A stretch of DNA of 64,000 bases from Calcarisporiella thermophila CBS 279.70 (taxonomy: Eukaryota; Fungi; Calcarisporiellomycota): the NCBI RefSeq assembly GCF_041956535.1, contig NW_027192211.1, forward strand, positions 158,461 through 222,460, in the 5' to 3' direction. The notes beneath the pieces were generated by a model that did not search any database, was not told the origin of the DNA, and saw only the letters and a program-made list of their open reading frames with translations. This document shows, in pieces, positions 39,376-51,874 of this stretch. The position numbers and the translations under genes were made by a program. Numbering within the stretch: position 1 is the first letter of the stretch; each line of letters starts with the position of its first letter.

Positions 39376-40685
39376 CTATGATTCTTCCATATCTAGTTGC
39401 CCGGCCATTCCCTCCTCCTCCTCTACTCGGTTTAGCACCGTGCGCTTCCGCGATACCCCATGGAGCAGGGTGCCCTCGTTCTCCAGCTCTCGCAGAAGTA
39501 GCTCCTGCCCCCTTCTTCGCCTTTCCTCTTCGATCTCCTCGGGGCTTTTTGCGCTATTATGTGCACCGGAAGAGAAAGCGAGTGCGTCAAAGGACGGGAG
39601 CGGGCTGTTCTGGTGGCGCCCCACTCCTTCGTCGCCCGTGGCAGGCAACAGGGCTCTTCCCATCCCTGTTCCATTGCTACTTGCTCTATCAGTGCCACCG
39701 GAAATGCTGTTATCGTAGATACTATCTTGCTTCTCTTTGCCATCGCCGGAAGGAGGTGAGACGATCATCGGCATGACCGATGGATTCGGATGCTGTGGAC
39801 GAGGTCGTCGCTTCATCTTCCAATGGTACAATCCAATAAGGAGGGAACACAGTAGGCAAAAGCCAGCTGCAGAAATGACACCGATGGCCCATGGCGGTAA
39901 TCCGTCGCTGCCTCCCGGACCGTCGCCGGCCGCGACATTGGTGAAGCTATTAGGGTGGGGTGACAAAGGAGAAGTGGAGGTGGCGGTAGAATGGGCATGA
40001 ACAGTAGCAGAAGAGGGTATGGTCATGGTGTACACGGTGGTTGTGGGAGGCAATCCTGGGCCTAAAGTGTCGGATAGAGATCCAAGGAAGAGCCACGAAA
40101 GAAGACAGGGTGCGAAAGGGAACACAGAGAGATACAGTCTTAGTACATTGGGAAACACAAGAGCAATTTTCAACACATACGGGTTATTAAGAATGTTGGC
40201 CCTATCGTGTATCGAGGGTCTTTTTTCTCGGAACTGCTCGCACAGTCCATGATTTGAAATGCGAACGTCCAGTTTCTGCTAATCGGCTCGTCGGGCTTTG
40301 GAAACCAGCTGTCATTCACATGGACCTCAAGAAATCCCGAATTGCCCACACATTCCCAGCTCACGCCAGTTGGAACATTAATGTTGTTCTCCAAATAGAA
40401 CAAGTAGATGCTAACAGACGGAACGGGAGCAAGCAGCTCATTCCTCGTATTCCAAATGAAAGCCTGAGTGGTGTTGAGGGTCCAGACGGTTTCCGAGGTT
40501 GGGTAGCAATATATGCCAGTTACATTTTGACAGGCTGAATTCGGATCTAACCCATTGATAAATACCGATAATTAGGGCTAGTGAGAAGATGAAGAATAAA
40601 CGCACAACAGACCTTGACGCGGTTGCAGCCGAGAGATGGCAAGAACAGTTGAGCAAGAGAACAAGAGTAATACAACAGCTATCAT
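39376..40685 (-). CDS. Type I membrane protein: signal peptide, beta-rich ectodomain, S/T stalk, one TM helix, cytosolic tail (Mid2/Psg1-like architecture)
   Basis: MIAVVLLLFSCSTVLA; CQNVTGIYCYPT..WTLNTTQAFIWN..NSGFLEVHVNDSWF..GPTFLI; GLPPWAIGVISAAGFCLLCSLLIGLYHWKMKRR. Confidence 0.7.
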
Positions 40686-41538
40686 ATAATGGATAGCATG
40701 GTAATGTTGTGATGGGTTCATCCTTGACGTCTATTTAGCGTCAGCCCTCAGCCTTTACGCGCTTGTCTTTATATAGACAATTCGACCTTAAATTTCTCGG
40801 TAATATATATAACAAGAGGAGCCAATGTGTCGCTAGTGAATGGGGATTGCCAGTGTTTGACGAGAAACAAAAACAAGAATGTCCAGAGAGTAGGGATAAT
40901 GGAGAGATCAATCGAGAGCCATTTTCCCCGCTGGTGTTTTTCGTTTGGCTGGTCAAAAGCCCAAATCCAGTATAAAAAAAGAACAGGAAAATGGAAGTGA
41001 ACGAAAAACCGTATTTTAAGGTTGAATAAGCCACATCAGCCCCAATCGAGCCAACAGACGACGGCCATGAACGTTTATCCCGGGCGGCCCGTTGGATGAA
41101 GAGAGTTTGCGGGTGGAGCGGCCGCCCAAGCGCCTGTTCCACGCCTGCGCTTGGCCGGCTTTGGCTGCCTACGCAGGGTCTTCGACGGAGTTGCCTCCTT
41201 ATGCATTAGTCATAGCAGGGCCTCGGCGTTGAAACGAACTATTCTACAAAAAAGGCAGACGACGCAGTGGGGTTGCCTCCGCTTTCTCTTGGGCAGCGCG
41301 ATGCGTCCGCGCCCAGTGCTGGAGTAACCTCAGGTTTGCAGCCGAGCAAGCTCCATGTGGCCAAGAGCTTGGCAGAAGGATGCAGACGACGAAGTCGCGG
41401 CGGTCATTTTCTTGATATCCTCTCATTGGCCAGCGCGGCTCGTCTGACTCTTTTTTGCCACTGCTCTATATATGAGGGTGCCAAATTGGTCATCCTCCTG
41501 CCTGAAGCCGCCTTTTATCTCAGACCGATTCTGAAAAG

Positions 41539-42643
41539 ATGCGGATGGAATGGCGCCCGCTTAATCCAGACCGCTGCGAGCCCTCCTTCGGCCAGCTCGA
41601 GCTGGCCTGTTCCCTCGCCGTTGCCCTCGGCTTTGTGTTTTCCTTCATTCCCCAGGTAATGGGACTGCTCGAGCTAATGGCGAAGGGGAGCAGGGATTTT
41701 AAGGTTGACTTGCTTGTGTCCCTATCATAGTTCTCAAGGATTCTGGAAAGGAGATATAGCAAATTTGGCGTGAGCTTCTTCATCCTCGGGATTGCCTTCA
41801 CATCGTCGACGTTTCTGAATTTGACACTGCTGAAGCTGGATTCTCTGCGCTGCTGTGCATTAATCGTAAGTGATATTTTCTCACGAATGAGCTGGCGGTG
41901 CTTATAATATGTGTGTATATGGCAGTCTTCGACCTCGTGCTTCATCAGTCTAATTCCAATTGTTCTAATATGTATCCAGTGGTTCCTATTCCTAATATCT
42001 CTGTAAGCCTCTAACCTCCTAATCTACACCGCCATGCCCTCGAATCCTAATGCTCTCCTCTCGTCCTTAGCATATTACTCTTCCACTTGCAATTCTTCTC
42101 CTCCCATATCCTCCCTCCTCCCACACGTGACTACCGGCATGCCTCGACCATGTCGGTTGCCTATGTAGTTTACCTCGTCGGATTTGAGATGCTTGCGGCG
42201 CTAGTATTAAGAGGCGGAGAGACGGAGCAAATCGAGTATTTGGCCGATGTCATGGGGGTTTTGTCACTGGGGCTGGTGGTGTGGCAGTATGGGGACTTGG
42301 TGTGGAGGAACTGGAGAGAAAAGGTAGGTCGCCCCAGTAGAGTATACATTGAGATAGAGCCGACTGACCAAGCTCTTCACCCTTTTTGCAGGCGATGGGT
42401 CCAGAGTGTTTCTCAATGATGCTAACCCAGCTTCCTTTCTCTCTGCTTTTCTCCCACCTTCTCTCCTCCCAACGCTGGTCCGCATGGCTCCCCTTCTTTG
42501 CCATGGGTATCCTCCAGGCCCTCTCCATCCTTGCGCACACACTGGCAAGGTTAACCAGAGACCTCTCACTGCACGAATCCATCCGATTAAGCCTGCTCTC
42601 GCGGAAACCGTCCATGGAGGAGACGCGCAGTCTCTTGGTTTGA
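41539..42643 (+). CDS. PQ-loop-repeat multi-pass membrane protein, multi-exon
   Basis: RCEPSFGQLELACSLAVALGFVFSFIPQ|FSRILERR..GVSFFILG..LRCC followed by several TM helices; C-terminal EETRSLLV dileucine-like sorting motif. Confidence 0.65.
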
Positions 42644-43178
42644 TCCATGAGCGAAAGGATGCCTATTTATTTTGCTCCGTAACACCCTACATATTCCATA
42701 CCACTTTTACTCGATTCTATTCAAGTTTGCCTCTATTTTTATTTTCTTCATATCGCTTGAAGTGTATTATACTCCTTCCCTCTACTCTCTTGGGCTGAGC
42801 CTTATTCTTTTTCTTATCTGATACTGATTCGCTTTATTCGTTACTTCGAGGGTTTCGGAGATGTGTTAACCCTATGACAGGGTCGAGTTGAGGGCAGTTA
42901 ACTACAACAGCGAATTTTTCGTAAGCAAAATAAACAAAGCACTGTTTTTTTTTTTCATTTCCAGCTGCTAATTTCCATCGTCAAGGGTTTTGCGATCGCT
43001 GTCCCCCACTCCCCGTCCTCCGTCAAGAGACACCCGTAAAAGGTAATGTTGTCATCGATCGTGGGATCCTATTTACCCGTCGCAAAGATATCCTCAGCGA
43101 TCGAGATCTCATTGTTTTGATCGCGTCCCAATTAACCCTCTATTTTGGCCTTGTCCCGTAGCTATACTCAATTCCAAG

Positions 43179-43766
43179 ATGACCCCCGAAAAACTTGCCA
43201 AACTCCAATCCCAGGTCCGCCTCGGTGGCAAGGGCACCCCCCGCCGCAAGGTCAAGAAAGTCCACAAAGCGAGCGGCACCGACGACAAGAAGCTGCAGAG
43301 CGTCCTAAGCAAGCTCAACACACAGACGATCCCACAGATCGAGGAGGTGAACATGTTCAAGGAGGATGGCAATGTAATTCATTTCAGCGCACCTAAAGGT
43401 ACCCCATTGGCGCAATGGTTCTTCCCTAATACTCTCTCCTTTGTCTAACATTTTTCCCCACCCCCTTCCCTTTATTACTTATAACCCTATCTAGTCCAAG
43501 CTTCCGTTGGCTCAAACACGTTCGCCATCCATGGCCAAGGTGAAGAGAAGGAGCTCACCGAGCTGGTCCCCGGAATCCTGAACCAGCTTGGCCCCGACTC
43601 GTTGGCAAGTCTGCGCCGATTGGCCGAGGCTTACCAGAGCGCCCACGCCGCCACTGAGGCGGGACAGAATGCGGGTGCTGAGGATGACGTCCCGGACCTA
43701 GTGGAGAACTTCGAGGAGGCCTCGAAGTCGGCGGAGGTGAAGGAGGACGAAGAGAAGAAGGAATAG
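43179..43766 (+). CDS. EGD1: Nascent polypeptide-associated complex beta subunit (BTF3)
   Basis: [51 protein letters not shown]|[47 protein letters not shown]. Confidence 0.95.
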
Positions 43767-44183
43767 ACTTGTATTCATCTTTGGATAACCTTTTCGCAAA
43801 ACCAAATATATCTCTCCGAACTTTTTTATCATGAAGAAAGGCGCGTTCCCTCGCATATCGGGTGCTTTCGTTTGGAGCCCTCCTCTCGAGAGAAGAAAAC
43901 CATTGCATTTATTTTTTTTGTTCTTTCGCTCCTCATCGCCCCAGTCCTTTTCCTCGAGATAGTAATTAAAAAGGAAAAAAATGAGGGTAATGGAGGAAGA
44001 AGGCGAGAGGGGGGGGGATATAGGTTTCTGTCAAAATATATACAAAAACAAAACCAAACGCACGCGAATAATTACAGTAAATAACTAGAAAAAAAAAAGA
44101 TGATAAATACGAATACCAATTTTAATGCATCCTATGATGAGATTAGACGTGGGAATGCGGGAATGACGGGGCATCCCCGGGGG

Positions 44184-45047
44184 CTAAGTTTGGGGGCGCC
44201 GACAAACCGGCTGAGTGCTTGACGCGGCCAACCTCATGCTGGCGGACAGGAAGAGATAGCTTCTTTCAACCACGATGGGAGGATCGTCCCTCAAGGCACT
44301 CGCGAGGGCCATCTCATACTTAGGGGGCGGGGCATCGGGTGGGATGTACACCGGCAGCGGCTCATCCACCAGTGTGCCATCGTCCATGATTTGGTAGCGG
44401 GTGGAGTAGGGCATTGCGTAATACGAGGGGGGCCTATCTTCCCTTGGGGCACCTGGATGCCGCAATCGCGCCCGCTTGCACCGGAGATAGACGGGCATGA
44501 GAAGACAGAGGGCAACCAGGACTAGGATGCACCCGAAGATAAGCGCGAACATCCCGATATTGATGCTGCTGCTATCGCCTGGGGCCGAGCTCGGAGGGTC
44601 TGGGGTGCCCTCAGTTATGCCAGCGCGGGAAGTACTTGTCGGCTGTCCTGTGGCCGTGAGAGGAATCGTGGCGGAGGCGGCTAGGGTAGTACGAGTTGTC
44701 CCAATGAGCACGGGTGCACTGCTTCTCGCCACTTCCTGAGGCAGGCACGTGCGATCGTCCAGATCGCAGACGAGATCTTTCTCGCAGTGATCTTCCCCCT
44801 GGCACGATCCTCCCAGCAGCCCTTTTCGAATGCACGATCCATTATAGCAAAATTCATTGTCGTCACAGGGACACTCGGAGAGAGACGGAGGGTCGCCAAT
44901 AATGAGGGTGCATACTCCATTGGCGCAAACATGGGAAGGCCTATCGAGCATGCACATCAAGTAGCAAGTGTTGTTCGGGAATGCTTCGGAGGGGAGCAGG
45001 AGGAGGAGGAGCAGCACGAAGAGCTGCAGGAAGGTGGGGATGTACAT
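44184..45047 (-). CDS. Type I membrane protein with Cys-rich ectodomain and cytosolic PY motifs
   Basis: Signal peptide, Cys-rich (EB/Dickkopf-like spacing) domain, Thr-rich stalk, TM helix, then PPSY, LPVY and PPKY. Confidence 0.75.
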   Translation of the reverse strand: MYIPTFLQLFVLLLLLLLPSEAFPNNTCYLMCMLDRPSHVCANGVCTLIIGDPPSLSECPCDDNEFCYNGSCIRKGLLGGSCQGEDHCEKDLVCDLDDRTCLPQEVARSSAPVLIGTTRTTLAASATIPLTATGQPTSTSRAGITEGTPDPPSSAPGDSSSINIGMFALIFGCILVLVALCLLMPVYLRCKRARLRHPGAPREDRPPSYYAMPYSTRYQIMDDGTLVDEPLPVYIPPDAPPPKYEMALASALRDDPPIVVERSYLFLSASMRLAASSTQPVCRRPQT

Positions 45048-45955
45048 GATGGGCTGCGAGATGATGGTTGTGTGGGGAGAGATTTCTGAGATGGTTCAAC
45101 CGATGCTTGCTGTAGTTCCCAGGAAGCCGTCGGTGAACGCGAACATAGTTTGCTAGTGGGTGGTTCTCCGATCCTCTCCAGCCGCTACGGAACAAACCTC
45201 TGTAGCTATAGAGCCCTCCAACAAAGGAAGTGAGAAAGGAAAAGACAGGGAAGATACTATGGAGAGAAGGGCAATTAAACAATGAGATGGACTGGAGCCC
45301 AATGATGGGAATCGCTTTTGGTAGGTTTTTTTTCCTTGCTGCAAAAATACAATTAAAGTAGGAAATTTTTTTATCAAAACTCGCCGTCCATCATTTTGAT
45401 TGCCCTGTTTCACTTACATTTGCGAGAATTAAGTAACACAGCTTTTCATTCACCGCACTGTATCCCCTCCCCTTTTTGAGGGTGTGCTTACGTCACCAAG
45501 GCCCTAAGCTTTGGGCCAATTGGAGGATGCGCGATCTGGATAGAGGAGAGCGCGGCAGGGGCTCAGGTCGCCTGCTCGATAGAACAGCGCTTCTCGTGGG
45601 GCGGGAGATATGCAAGCCTTGCCCCACTTGTACTTTGCTTTGCTTTGGTGTGGTTCAATGAAATCCACCTGAGCATTGCCAAGAGGGGTCGGAGAGAATA
45701 AGCTCGGCGGTGAGAAAAGCTGTGTCCTTTACATAAGCATAAAAGGGAAGGGCGGCTGGATCAGTGCTGCTCGCCTGCCAAACATTCGGCCATCTCCCTT
45801 CTATCTTATCGATGCCAAACAATGTTGAAATAAAAGCGAATACAAGCTCGATTGTTTAGCAAAGATTTGGATTCAGAACTTTGATGGGAACTTTGGAAGA
45901 GAGTGTGCGCCTTCAACCCTTCAACCACTCAATGTTTTATGTCTAGAAGCTACAA

Positions 45956-46607
45956 TTAAACTATAGGCTCTTTCACTAAGTACATGAAACTCAGGGGATC
46001 TCGCTTGAATCCAAACCGCTCATACAGGCCATGGGCATCCTCTGTTCGTAAGAACCATTTGTTCACCTCGGCGACTTCAGGATGTCGCATTACACACTTG
46101 ACCATCCATTTCCCCAATCCTTTCCCACGTTCTCCGCGCAACACAAACAAATCGCAAATATAGGCGAAGGTCGCGTAATCGGTGGTTAGACGCGTAAACC
46201 CACAGAATGCGCCCCTTTGGCCTGTGGCTTGCTTTCTGAGCAGCGAGAAGCAGATGGAATGCTGGATGGACCGGCGAATGATTTCGGGAGTGCGCTTGTT
46301 GCCCCAGTAGGATTCATTAATGAGAAAATCGACCACCACTTGATAGTCTATAAATGCGGGATCAGTCGTCAAGATATAGTCTCCACAGTCGAACTCGTAG
46401 TTCTGTCGAGTCGGGAAGGTAAGCGGGGTAGTTGCATGGGGAATAATCGAGGGGTCATCTTCGGGCAAGTTAGGCTGTGGAAATAGAGGCGATTAGTGGG
46501 ATGGAAGCATCCAGAGCATGGAGACTCACTAAAATCCGAGCAGTTGGGGCTAACCCGGCTTCACCTGCATCCCGCTTGGAATTATCTGTAGTTCCGTTCG
46601 TAGTCAT
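45956..46607 (-). CDS. GNAT-family N-acetyltransferase
   Basis: YILTTDP..DFLINESYWG..SICFSL..GFTRLTTDYATFAYICDLFVL..RGKGLGKWMV..T.DAHGLYERFGF; short upstream exon MTTNGTTD... Confidence 0.88.
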
Positions 46608-47548
46608 GGAATATCTCTAAGCCTAAAAAATCCAGTCTCTCCACTCAATAATATTAAAAGAAGACTAATTAATTCCGAAAACCGGAAATTAGTCACCATT
46701 TAATAACCACTCGCCCTTCCACGTAACTTTGCATCACTCCAATACGCGATAGGAGAGCATGAGTCTATCCGTGAACCAGCCTCATTGAGTTTAGAGACCC
46801 TCCCACGACTGGCCAGGAGGGTTCGCCAGGATTTCCTCAAAAACAGATGGGACGACCTAATCTATAATCCGCTTTTCTGGACATTTCCTGATCGCGGATG
46901 GCCCATTAAGGAGACTGAGTGCCAAGCCAAATTGGAAGTCCCGCATCCTCTTAGCAAAAGATCCTCGGCTCCCCTATGCTTTTCTTAGCCGTGGGCATCC
47001 TTGCCAAATAGGTCGAATTGGAAATCGTTCAAATATGTATAGATTGACGAAGACTCCCATCGGAATCGCAAAGATAGGGCGATTCGTCACAATAGTATGC
47101 AACCTGCTTGACGCGCTCTGTAAAAACCGGACATATCAACTCTCCATTATGCTATCAGTAGCGTTGGCAACGGTCTCGCCACCCTCCATACCCCTCGAAA
47201 TACTAACCATTTTCAATTGACGGGTTTTAGGTTGTGTGCAGGCGCACTTGGAACAACCTGGAGGAGAAATTAAAAAATGGAGGTGAGCAGAGTATGCGAA
47301 GTTGGTTTATTACAACAAGTGAATTTGAGAGGAAATAGAGGCACTCAGTAGGAGCTTGAGATATTAAGAGAAGCTTAAAAAAAGGAAAAGTGCAAAATTA
47401 GTATCTAGAGACTCATAATTAATAGTAGAGGGGTAAAGGGGGAAGAATAAAAGGTGTTAAATAACCACATGTTATATGTTGAAATAATGCCAATGAAAGA
47501 AAAAGAGAAAAAAAAAAAGCTATTGTGATTCGAAAGTGCCGGCCGCCC

Positions 47549-48640
47549 CTACTCTGCGGCTGAACAGAGGGCCTTGATGCTCATCGGATTCATTGGCTCC
47601 CTGATCGAACCGCGTTCGGCCTTGAACTTTTCTTGCTCGAAAACACAATGGTGCCATTCGGCTACACTAGCGAGCACCGACAAAGGCTCGTGTGGGGCCC
47701 TGGACTCTGTAGGGGTCGGGGGCAAGCTTCCCACCGAGGAGGAGGAAGAAGACGAGGTGTCGGAAGACCACGAGTTGCGTCGCGAAATTAGGTTAGGCGA
47801 CGTTAAATAGAATTCCTCGCCCTCTTTCTCCATCGGAAAGCACGGGGCATTTGGCGTGGTGGCGGGCATGGCATGGGCCGCATAAGGATTAAATCTTATC
47901 TCCACCTCCGCCTCATTTCTCCTCTTGCGGCCAGCATGGGTGGACACCGCGCGCCGCTTCCTGCGCTGGATGGCGGTGTTGTAAGCATTCTTCAGCATGT
48001 TGTCGCTCCGTCCCGGCATGAGCCTCGCCATGTCGGCCCAGCGGCTCCCCATCTGAGCATAGTACTTGAAAATCATGTCCTCCTCCTCTGCAGAGAGCGG
48101 GGCCTTGTTTAGAGAGGGATCCAGGTGGTTATGCCAACGTTCCCGACATTGTTTCCCGGTCCGAGATCCCAGGTGCGACGCAATGAGGACCCATTTTTCG
48201 GGGCCATATATACGCACCAGGTCGTTCAGCTGTTGATCCTCCTAGTGGGATGGAATTCCATGGGGCGTTGGTTAGAACTTGGCCACCGGCTTTCATTGGA
48301 AAAGAGGGTGCAACCACATACCTCGGGCGTCCACGGGCCCTTGACAACGGCCCCGGGTTTCGAGAGAATCCTCCACCGAGTTCTGCACTCGATCTTGTCG
48401 CGCGAGCCCGAAGGGAAGCAGTGCTCTGCAATCCTTCTCCATGCCTTTCCGTTGAACTTCTTCACGGCCTGACGCAATAGTTCGTCCTAAATGATCTCAG
48501 AAGATTAGCTCGGTCCGGCAACCGCCGTGGAGAAACACACTTGAGGGGCTCACCTCTTGAGGCGTCCAGTCGTTGCCGTCGGCCATTGAGGAGGCCGAGG
48601 AGAGCGTGGGAGAAGGGCAGAATTGCGCTGACCTGAGCAT
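47549..48640 (-). CDS. Three-repeat (R1R2R3) Myb transcription factor
   Basis: WTPQEDELLRQAV..WRRIA; VKGPWTPEEDQQLNDLVRIYGPEKWVLIASHLGSRTGKQCRERWHNHLDP; RWADMARLMPGRSDNMLKN; two introns. Confidence 0.9.
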
Positions 48641-48657
48641 AGGTGGATGGGTAGCTG

Positions 48658-48685
48658 GATAGATAGATAGATAGATAGATAGATA
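48658..48685. repeat. (GATA)7 microsatellite just upstream of the Myb start codon
   Basis: Seven consecutive GATA units. Confidence 0.9.
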
Positions 48686-51600
48686 CGATCGGATGGAGTG
48701 GGATGGCAATTAGAGAAAAGAGGGTAGTAGTCTGGGTGGTATTAACATAGGGGGGGTATGTTTGAGAGAAGAGGGAGGTGGGGGGCGGTGGGCGATGAGG
48801 CGGGACTGGGTGGGCGGGTAAGGGAGTGAGCTGGAGGAAGGAAAAAAAAAAAACTGGATGACAAGAGTTCGCATGGGGAGGTTAAAGACGTTTTATACCT
48901 CTTGTAACTTTAGTGTCGATCGGAAAAGCTGGAGGGCATTCCCGTTATGGGGGGTAATAGGCGCGTCTCATTCGACAAGAGGATTTTCCCCACACACTTT
49001 TTTTCCTTCTTCTTGATGCTCACCTCCACATTTATTCGCGCTATGAACATCCCATATTGATTTTAATTACACGCGCACGCGTGCCGTGTGGGGCAGAGAG
49101 TTACAGAGGGGGTCGACCAGAGAAATGGGAGGAGAGGGCGCCGATTATCCTTGAATAAATTGTCGCGCAGGTCATGCTGTTTGAGCCCCCTCCTTTTGGA
49201 CATATGAGAAATGGCCTGATCGGCTAGCGCCGCTTATGGAAATGCTTAATTTTGAAGGGTGTGATTCGCTTCGTGTCGCATCTCTTTTGTTCAATTTGTA
49301 TTTTTCCGTTTTGTAAAACCTTGTTGTGGAGCCAGCGGTGGTTGCCGGAGAGGATTGCTGAAGGCTTCTTCAGAGCGGACGAGGTTTCTCTCTGAAATGG
49401 CATCTCCACAGCAGGCGGGCTGGGAGCAGAGCGCGTCCTAAAAGGGCGGGCGTGAGAAAAAGAGAGGCGGGGGCGGGGGCGAGATGGGCGGCGAAGGGGG
49501 GGAGGAGAGGTAGGCTGGGGGAGGGAGGGGAGACGCTCCCCGTTGATTCCGTGGAGGATGTGGAGCGCAGTACTAGACGTGGGAAAGGATAGGCAATGCA
49601 TGTACGAGAAGAAGGGGGAAGGGGAGAGAAGGGCCAGGGAATGACGTTGTTCAAAAAGGAAATGCAGGGAATCATCAAAGTATTGGCAAAAAGAATCGTT
49701 TATTATCCCGCTGCATATGATTGTTCAGTCCATACAACCGATCCATGTTTCGGGAGGCGAGAGAAAGGACATTGGCCCTCGTTCTGCTTACGTTACTGAT
49801 TACGAGCTGGTAGAGGGCAAGTGAGAAAGCAAGATTTTCCGCCCAAGAGGTAAAACGAAATAAAATTTGGATGTTCGATAGTCGAGCGATAAGTATTGGC
49901 AAAGGTGAATAAAGAGGTAGGAAGAGGATCTGACTTGCCTTGGTGGATAAGCAAACAATGCGAGTCGGGCCTCATAGCAACCTCAAAAATGGCCAGTTTT
50001 AACTGATCAGTTGGAAATCGTTTCAATTTACCTGCGTGCATAAGCATCTGAAGATAAAAAGAAAGCCTCGTGGGCCGCTTGGCTGCCAGAGAAAGGGGCC
50101 GCTGAAACTGCTATAATTGGACTGTAATGACTTTGCCCAGCCAATGGTGGGATGACGCACACAACAATAGTGTCAAAGAGCTAATTAGACAGACTTAGTT
50201 AAATATGCCTTCTTTCAATATGTTCGCCTGGATGCATGATTCCTCCGATCGATTTATCACTTCTCCCCTCTTAAACTTCCTTTCAGTCGCGCAATTGGAG
50301 GTAGAATCCCTCCATAGACGTCATTCCAGAACGTGGTGGACATCCAACATATCGCTAACGGACTGTCTGCGCAACCGATTCGGGCCTCCATCCAGCGGTG
50401 GTCCTTCCTACAGTTCCTTTTATATGGTATAGGGTGGTTCAGAGCAAGAGCCCACGAAAATATCCTAGCATTATGAGGGCGATGCAAAGGCTATTTTCGA
50501 CCGTGGAGCAGAGACTAGAGTTCGGATTCTGAAGCTTCAATGAAGTAACTTCAACTGTATAGTTTTTTGTTTTCTAGGCATTTCAGGTCCCTGTTTTTCA
50601 TTTCGGCTTGTCATCGTTGATATCCAAGAATAATGCAAGGATAGGCGAGCGTTCTGCATCTATCAATAAATAAAAAGGATCGTCTTATGACATGAAGAGT
50701 GGGGGCTCCTCAGTAGAGATGCCGAACTGAAGGAGAAGATCGTAGTCGGATGCACAGGTTGCAGGGCGGAAGGTGGGGAGGGGAAGGGGATTCTCCAACT
50801 TATAATTCGTACTCTTGAATATTGCATGCACCCGAATCCTCTTCCGCCCCTTCAGGGAGACAGCGTCACTGGCGTTTTCTCTTTGGCCGCTTAAGCCGAG
50901 CCAGCTTCCGCATGGCATGATTTTCAACGATAATTTACTTTTTTGTAAATGGTTGGAATTGGTTTGATCATCGGGTCTTGCCAAAATCAATCGAAGGTGC
51001 ATATATTTAGCATAGATATAGCTCAGGAAGCTTATCTTGTTTGAGGTCATCCCAGCAAACGAGTTGAAGCCAGATGGCCCAGCTTTTCTAGTTGCGTTTC
51101 TCTTACTATGGGTCCCACGAAGCTTTTAACCTTGTGACATGGATGCCCACCTTACTGATAAAGCGGTGGACCATCCCATTGATAAAGTGGCTCAAGATGG
51201 GAAATTAAGGGGGATTGGGTGTCTATTTGAGCATCCCGTTTAAAGGGGTAAAAATACACGGTTTTTTTTACAAAGGTGTGAATTGCAATCATCCAAGATC
51301 AATCTTCATCCATATCATCGCCTTCCAACACTTGTCTCCAGGCCTCAAGCCCCTCTTTTGCTCTCTGTTGCGCTTTCGATAATCGTCCTGATTCGGCAGT
51401 CAAGTTGACCGCTTTTTCCAGCGTCGAGTTGCTAATGGGAAAAAAACACGATCCAGATCGTTTAGATTAAATAAAGGGATGGAGCAACTAAAAGGAGAAA
51501 AAAAAACGAGAGAATAATTACATCTGCTTAATTGTCTCCAAAATCATGTGCAATTCGCCAAGGATTTCGCTCTCAGATCGCGTGAATGTTTGGGATGCTG

Positions 51601-51874
51601 ACATTAATGAAATGGGAGCCGGATTATGGGAGAAACTGTGAGTGTTAAAACGCGTCACGAGAATTCATTAGAAAAATTGGCATTTTCATTTAATGAAATT
51701 ATGCCTATGATGGATGCATGAGCATGTGGCTTATGGTGAAAAAACACTTGTCACAATAAATACAAGGAAAAAATTTCGAGAAAACAACATATAGAAGAGG
51801 TATCGCCTTACTTTTGGTTCATATTTTTAGTGTTAATTCAATTTTATTGTGCAATTCAAAAACCTAGCATCAAT

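Noticed and set aside
41121-41159. GC-rich hairpin (CCAAGCGC...GCGCTTGG) in a divergent promoter, considered as SRP, RNase P/MRP or snRNA
   Set aside because: Only an 8-bp core stem, and none of the conserved motifs of those RNAs were found.
51830-51874. Upstream non-ATG extension of ValRS as a mitochondrial presequence
   Set aside because: Only 15 codons, not Arg-rich or amphipathic; unsupported.
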